Source: Candidatus Nanohaloarchaea archaeon (GTDB lineage: Archaea > Nanohalarchaeota > Nanosalinia > Nanosalinales > Nanosalinaceae). From it: a stretch of DNA of 52,009 nucleotides. The stretch is from NCBI GenBank assembly GCA_042218075.1, contig JBDGRK010000010.1:1-52009 (forward strand). The letters are read 5' to 3'. Positions 8,805 to 18,185 of this stretch are shown here, piece by piece. How positions within the stretch are numbered: the stretch's first letter is position 1; every line of letters begins with the position of its first letter. The translations under genes and the position numbers were made by a program. Under the pieces are notes generated by a model that was not told the origin of the DNA, did no database searches, and saw only the letters and a list, made by a program, of their open reading frames with translations.

Positions 8805-10169
8805 CTAGAGCTGGTTGCAAGCCCTCTGGACCACTTCGCTCAGCGCCGGGTGTATATGGATCGTATCCTTCAGATCCTCTATATTTCCGCTTCCAGCCCT
8901 CATCGACACAAGCACCTCGTGTATCAATGTCGATGCTTCAGGGCCGATTATGTGGCAGCCGAGAATCTCGCCTTCATCAGTCGTGAGCAGCTTGACGAAG
9001 CCGTCATCCTCCTTCAGCGCCTGGCCCATCCCCGTGTTGTCGTAGCCGAAGCTTGTGGAACTGTATTCTGTTCCTTCCTCCTCCAGTTCCTGCTCAGTCT
9101 TTCCCACACCCGCTATCTGTGGCGAGGTGAAGACTGCGTGGGGCATGTTCTCGTAATCCAGCTTGTATTTATTACCGGTAACAAGGTTCTTGAACACTAT
9201 TTCCGCCTCGTAGTTTGCAGAGTGCTTGAACATCCAGTTGTCGGCTATGTCGCCGAGAGCGTAAATTCCATCCACTGATGTCTCCATGTGTTCATCGGTT
9301 ACTATGAATCCTCTGTCGGTAGTCTCAATACCTGCATTCTCCACTTCAAGGGAATCCGTGTTCGGAAGCCTTCCCGTAGCGAAAAGGATCTCATCGGCGT
9401 AAAACTCCTTCTCATTTCCTTCATCGTCCTCTGCATACACCCTCTTCTCTCCATCCGCCTCTTCTATCCCTGTGGCGGAGACTTCGAGCTCAACCTGGTA
9501 GCGCTCCCCGGCTATCTCGGTGATCTTCTCCGAAACTTCTATATCCTCCCTCTTCAGGACTCTCTCACCTCTCTCAAGAATAGTTACTTCAGTACCCATC
9601 GCATCGTAGAAGTGGGCGAGTTCAAGAGAGATGTATCCTCCCCCTATCATTATTATGCTCTCCGGCTGGTAACCGGGGTTCAGAGCGTCTGTCGAAACCC
9701 AGTAGTCAACTTCATCGGTTCCATCCACTGGGGGAACGAAGGGCCTTGAACCTGCGGAAACAACTATTTTCTCCGCCTTCAACTTTTCCCCGCTATCCTT
9801 GAGCTCCACGGTTTTCTCGTCCACGAACCTCGCCTCATCTTTGTAGAGATCCGGCCCATCAGAATTCTTCAGACCTTTCTCCATCTTGTCGGATTTACCG
9901 TGGACTGTGCTGTTTACCTCTTCAACTATTTGATCGAACTCCACTTCTTTCAGCTCGGAATCGATGTGAAACTCTTCAGAACCCCTGATCTCCTGCACGA
10001 CATCCGCATGGTGTATCAGCATCTTCGAGGGAATGCAGCCCCTGTTGAGGCAGGTTCCTCCCAGCCTCGCGGGTTCGACTATCGCGACTTGCTTTCCCCG
10101 GCTGTAAATGCCCGAGGCAACATCCGAGCCCGAACCCGCACCGAGAACGATCAGATCGTATTCTTCCAT
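8805..10169 (-). CDS. Pyridine nucleotide-disulfide reductase (dihydrolipoyl dehydrogenase / mycothione reductase-like)
   Basis: GAGSG, GGTCLNRGCIPSK redox disulfide, GGGYIS, GDI...KHSANYEA and C-terminal HIHPALSE. Confidence 0.9.
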   Translation of the reverse strand: MEEYDLIVLGAGSGSDVASGIYSRGKQVAIVEPARLGGTCLNRGCIPSKMLIHHADVVQEIRGSEEFHIDSELKEVEFDQIVEEVNSTVHGKSDKMEKGLKNSDGPDLYKDEARFVDEKTVELKDSGEKLKAEKIVVSAGSRPFVPPVDGTDEVDYWVSTDALNPGYQPESIIMIGGGYISLELAHFYDAMGTEVTILERGERVLKREDIEVSEKITEIAGERYQVELEVSATGIEEADGEKRVYAEDDEGNEKEFYADEILFATGRLPNTDSLEVENAGIETTDRGFIVTDEHMETSVDGIYALGDIADNWMFKHSANYEAEIVFKNLVTGNKYKLDYENMPHAVFTSPQIAGVGKTEQELEEEGTEYSSTSFGYDNTGMGQALKEDDGFVKLLTTDEGEILGCHIIGPEASTLIHEVLVSMRAGSGNIEDLKDTIHIHPALSEVVQRACNQL

Positions 10170-10238
10170 ATCTTGAATTTATTCTGGCCCTTCAAGAGTT
10201 TTTTTGATCCGTTCAAGAGAAAGAGATAGGAAAATAGT

Positions 10239-10361
10239 TCAGCCGAATTTTTCCTCTACTTCTTCAGGATCCTTATCGTGTTCCTCCTCAGCGTGGTCCT
10301 TGAGTTCGTCAAGAGTGTCGAAAGCCTGTCCGCAGCCGCATGTAAAGTCGTCTTTTGACAT
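10239..10361 (-). CDS. 40-aa C2H2-like zinc-finger microprotein (not in ORF track)
   Basis: MSKDDFTCGCGQAFDTLDELKDHAEEEHDKDPEEVEEKFG, with a TTTTTATA box upstream. Confidence 0.75.
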   Translation of the reverse strand: MSKDDFTCGCGQAFDTLDELKDHAEEEHDKDPEEVEEKFG

Positions 10362-10503
10362 ATTAATGGATTCTGCTTCCCTGTATAAAAATAGCAACTG
10401 AGTGAACGGTAAGCACACCTCTTCTTACAGGGAGAACATGGAAAAAGATTGGTAGCGCGGGAGGGAACGTGCTGGAGACCATAAAGAGCCTGGAATTAAA
10501 GGA

Positions 10504-12429
10504 TTAATCCTTCAGTTGCTGCTTCTTCTCGGCAAATATCAGAGCTGTCTCTATGAAGGTGGTGTGGGACCAGGTGAGAGGTGCAACGCTCTTCCCCTCG
10601 CCATTGAAGGGATCGATCTGTTCGGGAAGAAGTCCTGTATCCAGGGAGTTGTCGCAGGTCCAGTGCATGTATTCCTCAGCCTCTTCCAGTTCTTTTTCGG
10701 TTTCCGCCGTATTGATAAGATGCTGGGCCACCCAGAGAGTGCAGATTATCCACGGATTTCCAGGCACCCTTTCAAAGTCATCGGTCACGTTGTGGTAGTG
10801 ATCACCCCTGTACCTCGCGACTCCACCGACATCTGTATCAGGCGATAGATCGTGCTGTATCGCATTCATTGTGTTCCTGAAGTACTCGTCATCCTGGTCT
10901 ACAAGCCCGAACTTTTCAAGGAAGAACAGCGGGGCTGAAACCTCGTCCAGCTTTTCTCCGTTCTCAATACCCCTCACGTATCTCTTCGTCTCCTCCGATC
11001 TCAGGTTTTCCAGTCCTTCATTCCTGATTTGATCCGCTCTCTCCATGTATCTCTCTCCATCCTTGCCTATCTCCTCCGCTATCTCTGCCGAAGCCTTCAA
11101 TCCGGCGTAGACCGATGCGACTGTAAAAGTTGAGATATAGTATTTCTCCTCCCAGAGATCGTAGCTGGGCTGCGGCAGCGAAAGACTCATATCAAAGTAG
11201 CTCCTCATGAAATCCGCTGCCGGCTTAACCAGTGAATCCCATTTCTCTTCAAGTATATCCCTGTCACCTGTCTCTTCATAGTACCTATTTAGTGCCCAGA
11301 CAGTCAGGGCAGTTTCATCCTCCTGTATGGGCAGTCTCTTCCTTCCCTCCTCGTCCACCCAGGCGTGCCACGAACTTCCCAGGGAACCTTCCGGGTTGTA
11401 CTTGTGGAGCAGGTAGCCGCCTGATTCAATAGCCTCCTCCGCAAAGTCGAAGAAAGGCCTAACAAGATCCGGGTAACCTGCCTCCGTCATCACTTCTGCA
11501 ACCAGTGCCGCATCCCTCGGCCATACATAGCCGTACTTATCCTGGTTGAACTGGAGATTGGAGGAATCATTCGCGGCGGTGATCGCCCCGTTATCGTTTG
11601 TCTGTCCTCTAACAATCAGCACAGATCTCTTGAACTGCTCCCTCACGTGATCATCAAGTAAGTCAAGACTGCTGTCGATACTACCCACGAAGCCCTTCCA
11701 GCACATCTCAGTCTGTTCAAAAAAGTCCTCGATCCTCTCATCCACTTTCTCGTTCAGCTCAATCACTTCCTCAAAGTTCTTGCCGGTGTTTATCCAGTAG
11801 TAAACTTTCTCGGAGCTTTTCGCACCGATCTCAAGCTTCAAACTGATGGCTGATTCAACATCGCCCTGAGAGATCGGGTTTCCGTTCAGATAACCGTTCT
11901 CGATATCGTTGGAAGGATCTCCACTATAGATCCCGTACTGCTCAAGCTCTCCACACTCGCCGTCTTCAGTCCGGGCCTCCGCCATCACGTACCTCTTCTT
12001 CTTGTAGTGGATGATACCGCTGTGGTCCGGGTGGAAGAAACAGGTGTCCGCCATTCCCGTACCGTAGAGATCGAAGTCCTGGTGAAAGAATATCTCGACC
12101 TCCCTGTCATAGTCTTCCTTGTTCTCTATCTCGACCTCACGGAGAAAGACGTTTTTCTCGCACTCCACAGTGTCACGGAAAGCCATCTCCAGGCCCTCGA
12201 TCTCGTTGTAAGCCTTCGACTCTCCAAGTATCGTATCCTGCCTGTACTCCGGTCTGGTATCCCAGTTCTCGATCCAGGAAAAACCGTTCGCCATCACTCC
12301 TATCCTGTGCTTCCTTCCCTGCACATGGTTCTCCTGTCCAGCGTAGGGGAAGTAGAGATCCCTTATCCTGAGGGAATCGTCCATGTTGACGAGAAGCGAG
12401 CCGTTTCCGAGGGATAGATGCCTTACCAT
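10504..12429 (-). CDS. Glycoside hydrolase family 15 (glucoamylase)
   Basis: YVWPRDA, QEDETA, YDLWEE, LLPEQ and PLTWSH motifs of GH15. Confidence 0.92.
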   Translation of the reverse strand: MVRHLSLGNGSLLVNMDDSLRIRDLYFPYAGQENHVQGRKHRIGVMANGFSWIENWDTRPEYRQDTILGESKAYNEIEGLEMAFRDTVECEKNVFLREVEIENKEDYDREVEIFFHQDFDLYGTGMADTCFFHPDHSGIIHYKKKRYVMAEARTEDGECGELEQYGIYSGDPSNDIENGYLNGNPISQGDVESAISLKLEIGAKSSEKVYYWINTGKNFEEVIELNEKVDERIEDFFEQTEMCWKGFVGSIDSSLDLLDDHVREQFKRSVLIVRGQTNDNGAITAANDSSNLQFNQDKYGYVWPRDAALVAEVMTEAGYPDLVRPFFDFAEEAIESGGYLLHKYNPEGSLGSSWHAWVDEEGRKRLPIQEDETALTVWALNRYYEETGDRDILEEKWDSLVKPAADFMRSYFDMSLSLPQPSYDLWEEKYYISTFTVASVYAGLKASAEIAEEIGKDGERYMERADQIRNEGLENLRSEETKRYVRGIENGEKLDEVSAPLFFLEKFGLVDQDDEYFRNTMNAIQHDLSPDTDVGGVARYRGDHYHNVTDDFERVPGNPWIICTLWVAQHLINTAETEKELEEAEEYMHWTCDNSLDTGLLPEQIDPFNGEGKSVAPLTWSHTTFIETALIFAEKKQQLKD

Positions 12430-12497
12430 GATTCATCCATGCAAATCCTGGTTTTTATTGGCAGGGCTTACCCTCCGCTTATCTTGAAATTCTGGAA

Positions 12498-13154
12498 TCA
12501 TCCAGAAGATTCGGTTTCAAACATTGAAGCATACTTGCCGTAACCCTTCTCCTCAAGTTTTTCGGCAGGGATGAACTCAAGGGCAGCGCTGTTTATACAG
12601 TAACGCAGTCCCGTGGGAGTGTTCGGGTTCCTGAAGAGGTGGCCGAGATGGGAGTCAGCGTAGTTGCTCCTCACCTCCACCCGGTATCCCAGGGGGCCTG
12701 GATCCTTCCTCTCGACGATGTTTCCTGGTTCCAGGGGCCTGTAAAAGCTGGGCCATCCGGTTCCAGAGTCAAACTTGTGCCTGGATGAGAAGAGCGGCTC
12801 GCCGCTCACCACATCGACGTAGATGCCCTGCTTCTTGTGATCGTAGAATTCGTTCCTGAAAGGAGGCTCTGTTCCATTTTCCTGGGTCACCTGGTACTCC
12901 CTGCCGGATAGATTCTGAATCTCCTCCTGGTAGCTCTGCTGTATCCAATGAGGCGAGGCTTCAGGTGAATTCCCTTCAAACCTGGTATCCTCCACTGACA
13001 GGTTCTGGGTTCCCAGCGCCCACATAGTCCCGGATATAACAAGATCGGCGTATAGGACTATGATAAACAGGGAAACAAGAGCTGAAATGCCAACAACCTT
13101 CCTCCTTCGACTGCCCATCAATCTCTGGCTGAGATTTTGAATCCTGTCCTTCAT
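12498..13154 (-). CDS. msrB: Peptide-methionine (R)-S-oxide reductase with N-terminal membrane anchor
   Basis: [32 protein letters not shown]. An N-terminal RRRK is followed by a hydrophobic helix. Confidence 0.93.
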   Translation of the reverse strand: MKDRIQNLSQRLMGSRRRKVVGISALVSLFIIVLYADLVISGTMWALGTQNLSVEDTRFEGNSPEASPHWIQQSYQEEIQNLSGREYQVTQENGTEPPFRNEFYDHKKQGIYVDVVSGEPLFSSRHKFDSGTGWPSFYRPLEPGNIVERKDPGPLGYRVEVRSNYADSHLGHLFRNPNTPTGLRYCINSAALEFIPAEKLEEKGYGKYASMFETESSG

Positions 13155-14263
13155 CCGGTGTATACCTCTGTCTCAGGGTGGAACTTGCTCCACGCAAACC
13201 AGTAGAATCCTCTCGGCGTGATCACGTCCAGCTGTCGACTTCCATTCAGCTCTTCACCGCTAAAACTCCATCTCGTCCCGGTGGAGTCTACAAGTGCCTT
13301 TTCCGTAAGCGAGAAGTTAAGTGTTTTCCCGCCTACTTCTCTGCTGAACGCGATTATCGACCCATCGTCAGGTCGCTGCATTATCATCACCGGTTCGTTC
13401 CCGACCCGGTCCTGTATAACTCCCCGCTCCTCCACCACATCGGCCGGGTAGGCCTTTGAGGAGTTGCCCACCTCAATTCCCTGTACCAGTTCCATCTCGT
13501 CGAGTTCGTTGCTGTAACCTTTGGCTCCAAACGCCCCAGGACTGTCGTAACCTCTCTCCAGGTAATCCCGGGACTCGTAAGATGATGGCGGAGAGATCCC
13601 TGTATTCCTCGAAAGCACTTTTGTATCTGGATGTGCTTTCTTCCAGCTGCTCCAGTTGGTGATGGAGGAGTACCTCAGCTCCAGCTGCTGGGGAACCCTG
13701 GGCCCGATTATCGCCTTTCCCCCGATCTGGCTCCAGTAGGTCTCGGTCTGGCGGTCGTACATAACAAGGTTTGCGTTCCTCAGCTTGCCGGATACCCCGA
13801 ACTCGAGTACATCACCGTTAACCTTCCTCGAGAACACCAGGCCTGAACGGCAGAGGGGGCAGTAAGTCACGACTATCGGCTCTCCATCGATCTTGGTGTT
13901 GACTATCTCGTGTGAATCCAGAATCCTCAGGGGGAAAGCCAGAGATTCTGTCTCTCCCTCAACTCCTATTATCTCATCGCCGGGCCTCATCCATCCCGCT
14001 TCGTCTGCATCCTCGTACTTCGGGTTGTCTATTGAGGGAATGCAGTCCTTACCCGGGCATCCCTGTCGGAGTTTGTCTGGATGAACGATATACTTCGTCC
14101 CATCATCGAGTCTCTTAACTTTTTCAGAGCTGGTCAAATTCGAACTTTCCCGGGTTTCAGTCGATTTTACGGGTATTTCGGAACTTCTCTGATCCAGCAG
14201 AACTCCCGCAACTGCCAGGAGCGGAATCAGCAGAGCGATGGAGAAGAAGATTTTTCTGTTCAT
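13151..14263 (-). CDS. DUF3179 domain exported protein
   Basis: Signal anchor, then [42 protein letters not shown] and [14 protein letters not shown] overlap with msrB. Confidence 0.85.
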   Translation of the reverse strand: MNRKIFFSIALLIPLLAVAGVLLDQRSSEIPVKSTETRESSNLTSSEKVKRLDDGTKYIVHPDKLRQGCPGKDCIPSIDNPKYEDADEAGWMRPGDEIIGVEGETESLAFPLRILDSHEIVNTKIDGEPIVVTYCPLCRSGLVFSRKVNGDVLEFGVSGKLRNANLVMYDRQTETYWSQIGGKAIIGPRVPQQLELRYSSITNWSSWKKAHPDTKVLSRNTGISPPSSYESRDYLERGYDSPGAFGAKGYSNELDEMELVQGIEVGNSSKAYPADVVEERGVIQDRVGNEPVMIMQRPDDGSIIAFSREVGGKTLNFSLTEKALVDSTGTRWSFSGEELNGSRQLDVITPRGFYWFAWSKFHPETEVYTG

Positions 14264-14300
14264 ATTTTATCCCTCTCTCTATTGATTTATCAAGAGCGGA

Positions 14301-14316
14301 CTTACCACAGTGTTAG
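14301..14316. promoter_or_regulatory. Palindromic operator site between divergent DUF3179-msrB and msrA
   Basis: GACTTAC-CACAGT-GTTAGTC. Confidence 0.65.
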
Positions 14317-14370
14317 TCAGACAGTTATCCTAGACCGAAGCTATTTAGCCTTCCGGCCAAAATCAGAACC

Positions 14371-15051
14371 ATGGAAAGCTGGAAAACCCTCACCGCTGTA
14401 ATCTCGGCGGCTCTAGTTTTCTCGGCTGTCTCAATAGTGGCGATGGACGTGAAACAAAAGAATAAGGATAAAGGAGTCGATGAAAAGGAGGAGTGGAAGG
14501 AAAAGGTAGAGGATAGAGAACCGAAGCTGGCGACCTTTGCCGGCGGCTGCTTCTGGTGCATAGAGGCTGTCTACCAGGGGGAGAAAGGAGTGGAGTCAGC
14601 GGTCTCGGGATACGCCGGGGGAAGCAAGGAGAACGCGACCTACGACAAGGTAAAGACCGGCGAGACCGACCACAGGGAGGCGGTCCAGGTGGAGTATTAT
14701 CCATCGATTATCTCATACAAGGAGCTGCTTGATATGTACTGGAAGAGCATCGATCCGACTGATCCAGGGGGACAGTTCTCGGACAGGGGCTTCCAGTACA
14801 CCACAGCGATATACGTTCACAGCGAAGAGCAGAGGAGGAAGGCAGAGGAATCCCTGAAAGATCTCGAGGAAAGCGGAAAGTTCGATGAGCCGATAGTCAC
14901 AAAAATCCTGAACTACACCACGTTCTTCCCCGCCGAGGACTACCACCAGAACTACTCCCGGAAGAACAAGCTCAGGTACAAGGCCTACAAGAAAGCCTCG
15001 GGAAGGGAAGGATTTGTAGAGAAACTCTGGAACAGGACACCCCTGGGATGA
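14371..15051 (+). CDS. msrA: Peptide-methionine (S)-S-oxide reductase with N-terminal membrane anchor
   Basis: FAGGCFWCIE, SGYAGG, HREAVQV, GQFSDRG, AEDYHQNY, and a hydrophobic N-terminal helix. Confidence 0.93.
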   Translation: MESWKTLTAVISAALVFSAVSIVAMDVKQKNKDKGVDEKEEWKEKVEDREPKLATFAGGCFWCIEAVYQGEKGVESAVSGYAGGSKENATYDKVKTGETDHREAVQVEYYPSIISYKELLDMYWKSIDPTDPGGQFSDRGFQYTTAIYVHSEEQRRKAEESLKDLEESGKFDEPIVTKILNYTTFFPAEDYHQNYSRKNKLRYKAYKKASGREGFVEKLWNRTPLG

Positions 15052-15151
15052 AAACTGTAGATAGAGTTTTTCTCGAACGCCACCAAACTCTAAATAGTTA
15101 GCGAAAAATGTTCTCACTAGCATGGAAGGAGTTCGAGGTTGGAACTGAAAG

Positions 15152-15898
15152 ATGGATATAATCCATATTGCAGTACTTCTGGGCATCCTAGCCTTTTTCG
15201 CACATATCGTCAAGGGTCTCACAGGTTTCGGGCCGGCGATAGTCTTCGTCTCGATTGGTTCAGTTATCCACGATCCGGTAGAAGTCATAGTTCTGAGCTC
15301 TCTTCTCGATATTATCGGAGGAAGCTATCTACTATTCCTAAACCCTAATTTCCTGAAGAACAGGAAGTACTGGCTTACTCTGGGCCTGCTGATGGTTGCG
15401 GGTGCAGTTACCGGAGGCATGATTCTCTCCATGATAACTGCAGATGTCTTCGAATACCTTTTGGGCGGTTCAATAATCGTGATCGGCCTGTGGTTCCTGA
15501 TCGGAGAATATGAACCGGGGGAAAGTTCAGATATCTATGACAGGTTAGGATTCTTAGATGGAACAGTGGCGGCATTCTCAGGCCTGAGCGGAGGTCTGAC
15601 AGGTATGGGAGGTCCGCCCCTGATAGCCTATCTCGGGGCAAAGTTTGAGAAAGATATGTTTCGCTCCCTGATTGTTCCTGTCTTCCTTATGGCAGCTATC
15701 GCCCGGTTCTTCACCTACGGATTTCTCGGAATGGTTCAGGCCAGTGATCCATGGCTCTACGTTTTTCCACCAATAGGAGTTATACTCGGAAACCGCCTGG
15801 GAGATCACTTTTTTGAAGAGGTGGAACAGGAATGGTTTACAGTGATTATCGGTTTAATTCTGCTGCTCTCGGGAATAAGATTGATTTCTGGCGGATAA
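15152..15898 (+). CDS. TauE/SafE family sulfite exporter-like membrane protein
   Basis: KGLTGFG in the first repeat and GGLTGMGGPP in the second; about 8 TM segments. Confidence 0.85.
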   Translation: MDIIHIAVLLGILAFFAHIVKGLTGFGPAIVFVSIGSVIHDPVEVIVLSSLLDIIGGSYLLFLNPNFLKNRKYWLTLGLLMVAGAVTGGMILSMITADVFEYLLGGSIIVIGLWFLIGEYEPGESSDIYDRLGFLDGTVAAFSGLSGGLTGMGGPPLIAYLGAKFEKDMFRSLIVPVFLMAAIARFFTYGFLGMVQASDPWLYVFPPIGVILGNRLGDHFFEEVEQEWFTVIIGLILLLSGIRLISGG

Positions 15899-15910
15899 GG
15901 GTGTTGGAAC

Positions 15911-16750
15911 TCAATCCGTGTTTTCGATCATTTCAGAAATCTCCACCGGGTCCGGAACGTCGTAACCCTGAGCCACCAGCTCTCCGTTCACGAGCATCAC
16001 AGGCGGATGATATCCTCCCTTCAGTAGCGGTCTGAGAAAGCGGGACCAGTAGGATTTGACCTCTATATCTACCTCGGATTCAACCTTATCCGAGGCCTCT
16101 CTAGCTGCGTTGACGAAAAGATGACACTCTCTGCAGAAGCTCTCAGGTATCCAGATAAGGCCGTGAAATCCTGTAACTATGTAAACTTCTATGCTGTTCT
16201 CCTGGTATGCTGAACCGCTGAAAGGTATCACTGACGCCTTCAGAAAGTCTCCATCAGTAGCAAGTAAATCATTAGCCCTACCAAAGATCGATGTCAGGAA
16301 GCCTGAAATGATGTAAATCATGACAAGGTGGGAGTACAACCTGCCGTAATCGAAGATTATATCACCTAGGAATGGATTCAAATGAGAGTAGAACAGCTTT
16401 AGGGGGAAGAAAACAGGAGTCATCGCACGGTAGGAAAGGTTGAAAACTTCCAGAACCGGGATGGATCTAGCGGAAAGGAAACTGTAGTAGGATCCCAGAA
16501 ATATAATGATCGTCAGAACGATCTCAGGCTTCTTCTCCCTTAACTTATCTGAAAGGACCTCCCGAATGGAGTCGAAGTTCCTGTAGAGAATACCCACAGG
16601 GTAGAGGAAGATAAAGGAAAGCGCAAGACCCAGGAATGAAACCAGTGATGGAGAACTCAGGGATTTTGCCAGGAGACCCAAAACTATCAGAAAAGAGAAA
16701 ACCGATAAGGTAAACCCTGTGAGCTGTATCGCTTTTCTTCTCATCTTCAT
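15911..16750 (-). CDS. Membrane protein with C-terminal thioredoxin-like domain
   Basis: N-terminal TM helices, then IPESFCRECHL and GGYHPPVMLVNGELVAQG. Confidence 0.65.
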   Translation of the reverse strand: MKMRRKAIQLTGFTLSVFSFLIVLGLLAKSLSSPSLVSFLGLALSFIFLYPVGILYRNFDSIREVLSDKLREKKPEIVLTIIIFLGSYYSFLSARSIPVLEVFNLSYRAMTPVFFPLKLFYSHLNPFLGDIIFDYGRLYSHLVMIYIISGFLTSIFGRANDLLATDGDFLKASVIPFSGSAYQENSIEVYIVTGFHGLIWIPESFCRECHLFVNAAREASDKVESEVDIEVKSYWSRFLRPLLKGGYHPPVMLVNGELVAQGYDVPDPVEISEMIENTD

Positions 16751-17484
16751 AACACTGGTAGAAGCTTAAGTTGTTTGAAGACTCCACAGATCGCTTCACC
16801 CGGGGCTCCACCGATGCCGAAGACGCAGGTGAGGTAGTATAGCGAGATTGCCAGCATCAGGAAGCCTGTAGCCCTGTTAATAATTGATTCATGCTTCTGG
16901 ATTTTCTGTATGATCTGCTGTCCCCTGTTGGCCGAAACCAGTGAGAAAGCGAGGAGCGGAAAACCGATACCAAGGCCGAACACCAGGAAGTTGGACAGGC
17001 TCGATACGGGAGTCTGGAAGAGGGAAGCACGAGCCAGAAAAATCGCGATAAATCCGGGGTTGCATGGTATAACTATAGCGCCGAAGAAAAAGCCAAATCC
17101 GAAGGCATCCAGTAGAGGATTTTCAGTTCTGGGACCGGAATAGTTCGGCAGGCGGGACTGGAAGTCTATGTCAAGCAGCATCACCAGGCTGATCAATAGG
17201 AGTACAGTGAATGCTATGGGTGAAACAGTTGCTATCACTCCTGTAAGTGAAACCTGGAGCAGCGCGGAGAAAACTAAACCTATCGACAGCATGAACGATA
17301 TCACCCCCGCGACCACGAGCGTTCCGAACATCGCATAGGTTCTCCTGCTCTCCTCCCCTGTCATCCTGCTGGAAAGATAAGAGATGAAGCCGGGATAGAG
17401 GGGCAGGACGCAGGCAGCTGTCAGAGGGGTCAGCAACCCCAGTGTGAAAGAGTTGATTAGCTGGGAAAGACCGATTTTCAGCAC
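16747..17484 (-). CDS. ccdA: CcdA (DsbD-like) transmembrane electron transporter
   Basis: Two intramembrane Cys motifs (ACVLPLYPGFISYL and IPCNPG) and FGLGIGFPL; six TM helices. Confidence 0.85.
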   Translation of the reverse strand: MLKIGLSQLINSFTLGLLTPLTAACVLPLYPGFISYLSSRMTGEESRRTYAMFGTLVVAGVISFMLSIGLVFSALLQVSLTGVIATVSPIAFTVLLLISLVMLLDIDFQSRLPNYSGPRTENPLLDAFGFGFFFGAIVIPCNPGFIAIFLARASLFQTPVSSLSNFLVFGLGIGFPLLAFSLVSANRGQQIIQKIQKHESIINRATGFLMLAISLYYLTCVFGIGGAPGEAICGVFKQLKLLPVL

Positions 17485-18089
17485 CCTTTCTTGATCTCTT
17501 CCTGGAGCTTTGAAACCGGCTTCACTCCGTTCGGAAGCTTTCTAGTTCCATTCTCACAGACCAGTATCATCGGGGCCGAGGGAGGGTTGGCGATCGAGGT
17601 ATCGTAGCGTTTCACCATCATCCTTGTCAGTTCCAGGGGTGAAACTGCGTACCTCCAGTCGAACCCGTTCCTCTGCCTGTGCCTTCTTATTTTCCTGATA
17701 TCTTCATTCCTGTCGACATCCAGCGATACAGAGGTGACATCCGATTTTTCATGCAGTCTTTTCAGTTCCTGCTGTTGCCTTGTACAAGTCGGGCACCAGA
17801 CAGCAAAAGTTTCAACAAGTACCGGTTTGTCGAGCTCGGAGATCCTGAATTTTTCACATGACTCGACATTCACCAGTGTGTAGTTCCTCCAGTCCTTGAC
17901 ATCCTGATTCAGAGACTCAAGGTCAGTGTCGCATAGATTATCCGCGCTACCCCCTGAACCTGTCAGGAACGCACCTGAAATACCCAGCGCCACGAGCAGT
18001 GCGAGCCCGGTGTAATGCCTTTTTCCAAGATCTAAGGCCTGAATTTTCTCTATTAGCCTAGTGATTTTCCCAGATAATTGATTCTTCAT
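17478..18089 (-). CDS. Membrane-anchored TlpA-like thioredoxin
   Basis: TM anchor, then VLVETFAVWCPTC and a cis-Pro loop (PPSAP). Start placed at ATG 18089. Confidence 0.85.
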   Translation of the reverse strand: MKNQLSGKITRLIEKIQALDLGKRHYTGLALLVALGISGAFLTGSGGSADNLCDTDLESLNQDVKDWRNYTLVNVESCEKFRISELDKPVLVETFAVWCPTCTRQQQELKRLHEKSDVTSVSLDVDRNEDIRKIRRHRQRNGFDWRYAVSPLELTRMMVKRYDTSIANPPSAPMILVCENGTRKLPNGVKPVSKLQEEIKKGC

Positions 18090-18125
18090 GCAATATTGTT
18101 TACAGATATCGCTTTTATTGGATTG

Positions 18126-18141
18126 CTTACCTCCGAGTAAT
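18126..18141. promoter_or_regulatory. Palindromic operator site upstream of the tlpA-ccdA operon
   Basis: TTGCTTAC-CTCCGA-GTAATGCAA, 6 nt upstream of AATAAAA on the minus strand. Confidence 0.6.
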
Positions 18142-18185
18142 GCAACTGTCCAATACATAAAAAAGAAGATCTTGAAGACGGTCCC

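Noticed and set aside
1587-14263. Selenoproteins (the Rdx, MsrB and DUF3179 families include Sec members)
   Set aside because: All relevant positions are Cys codons; no in-frame TGA was seen.
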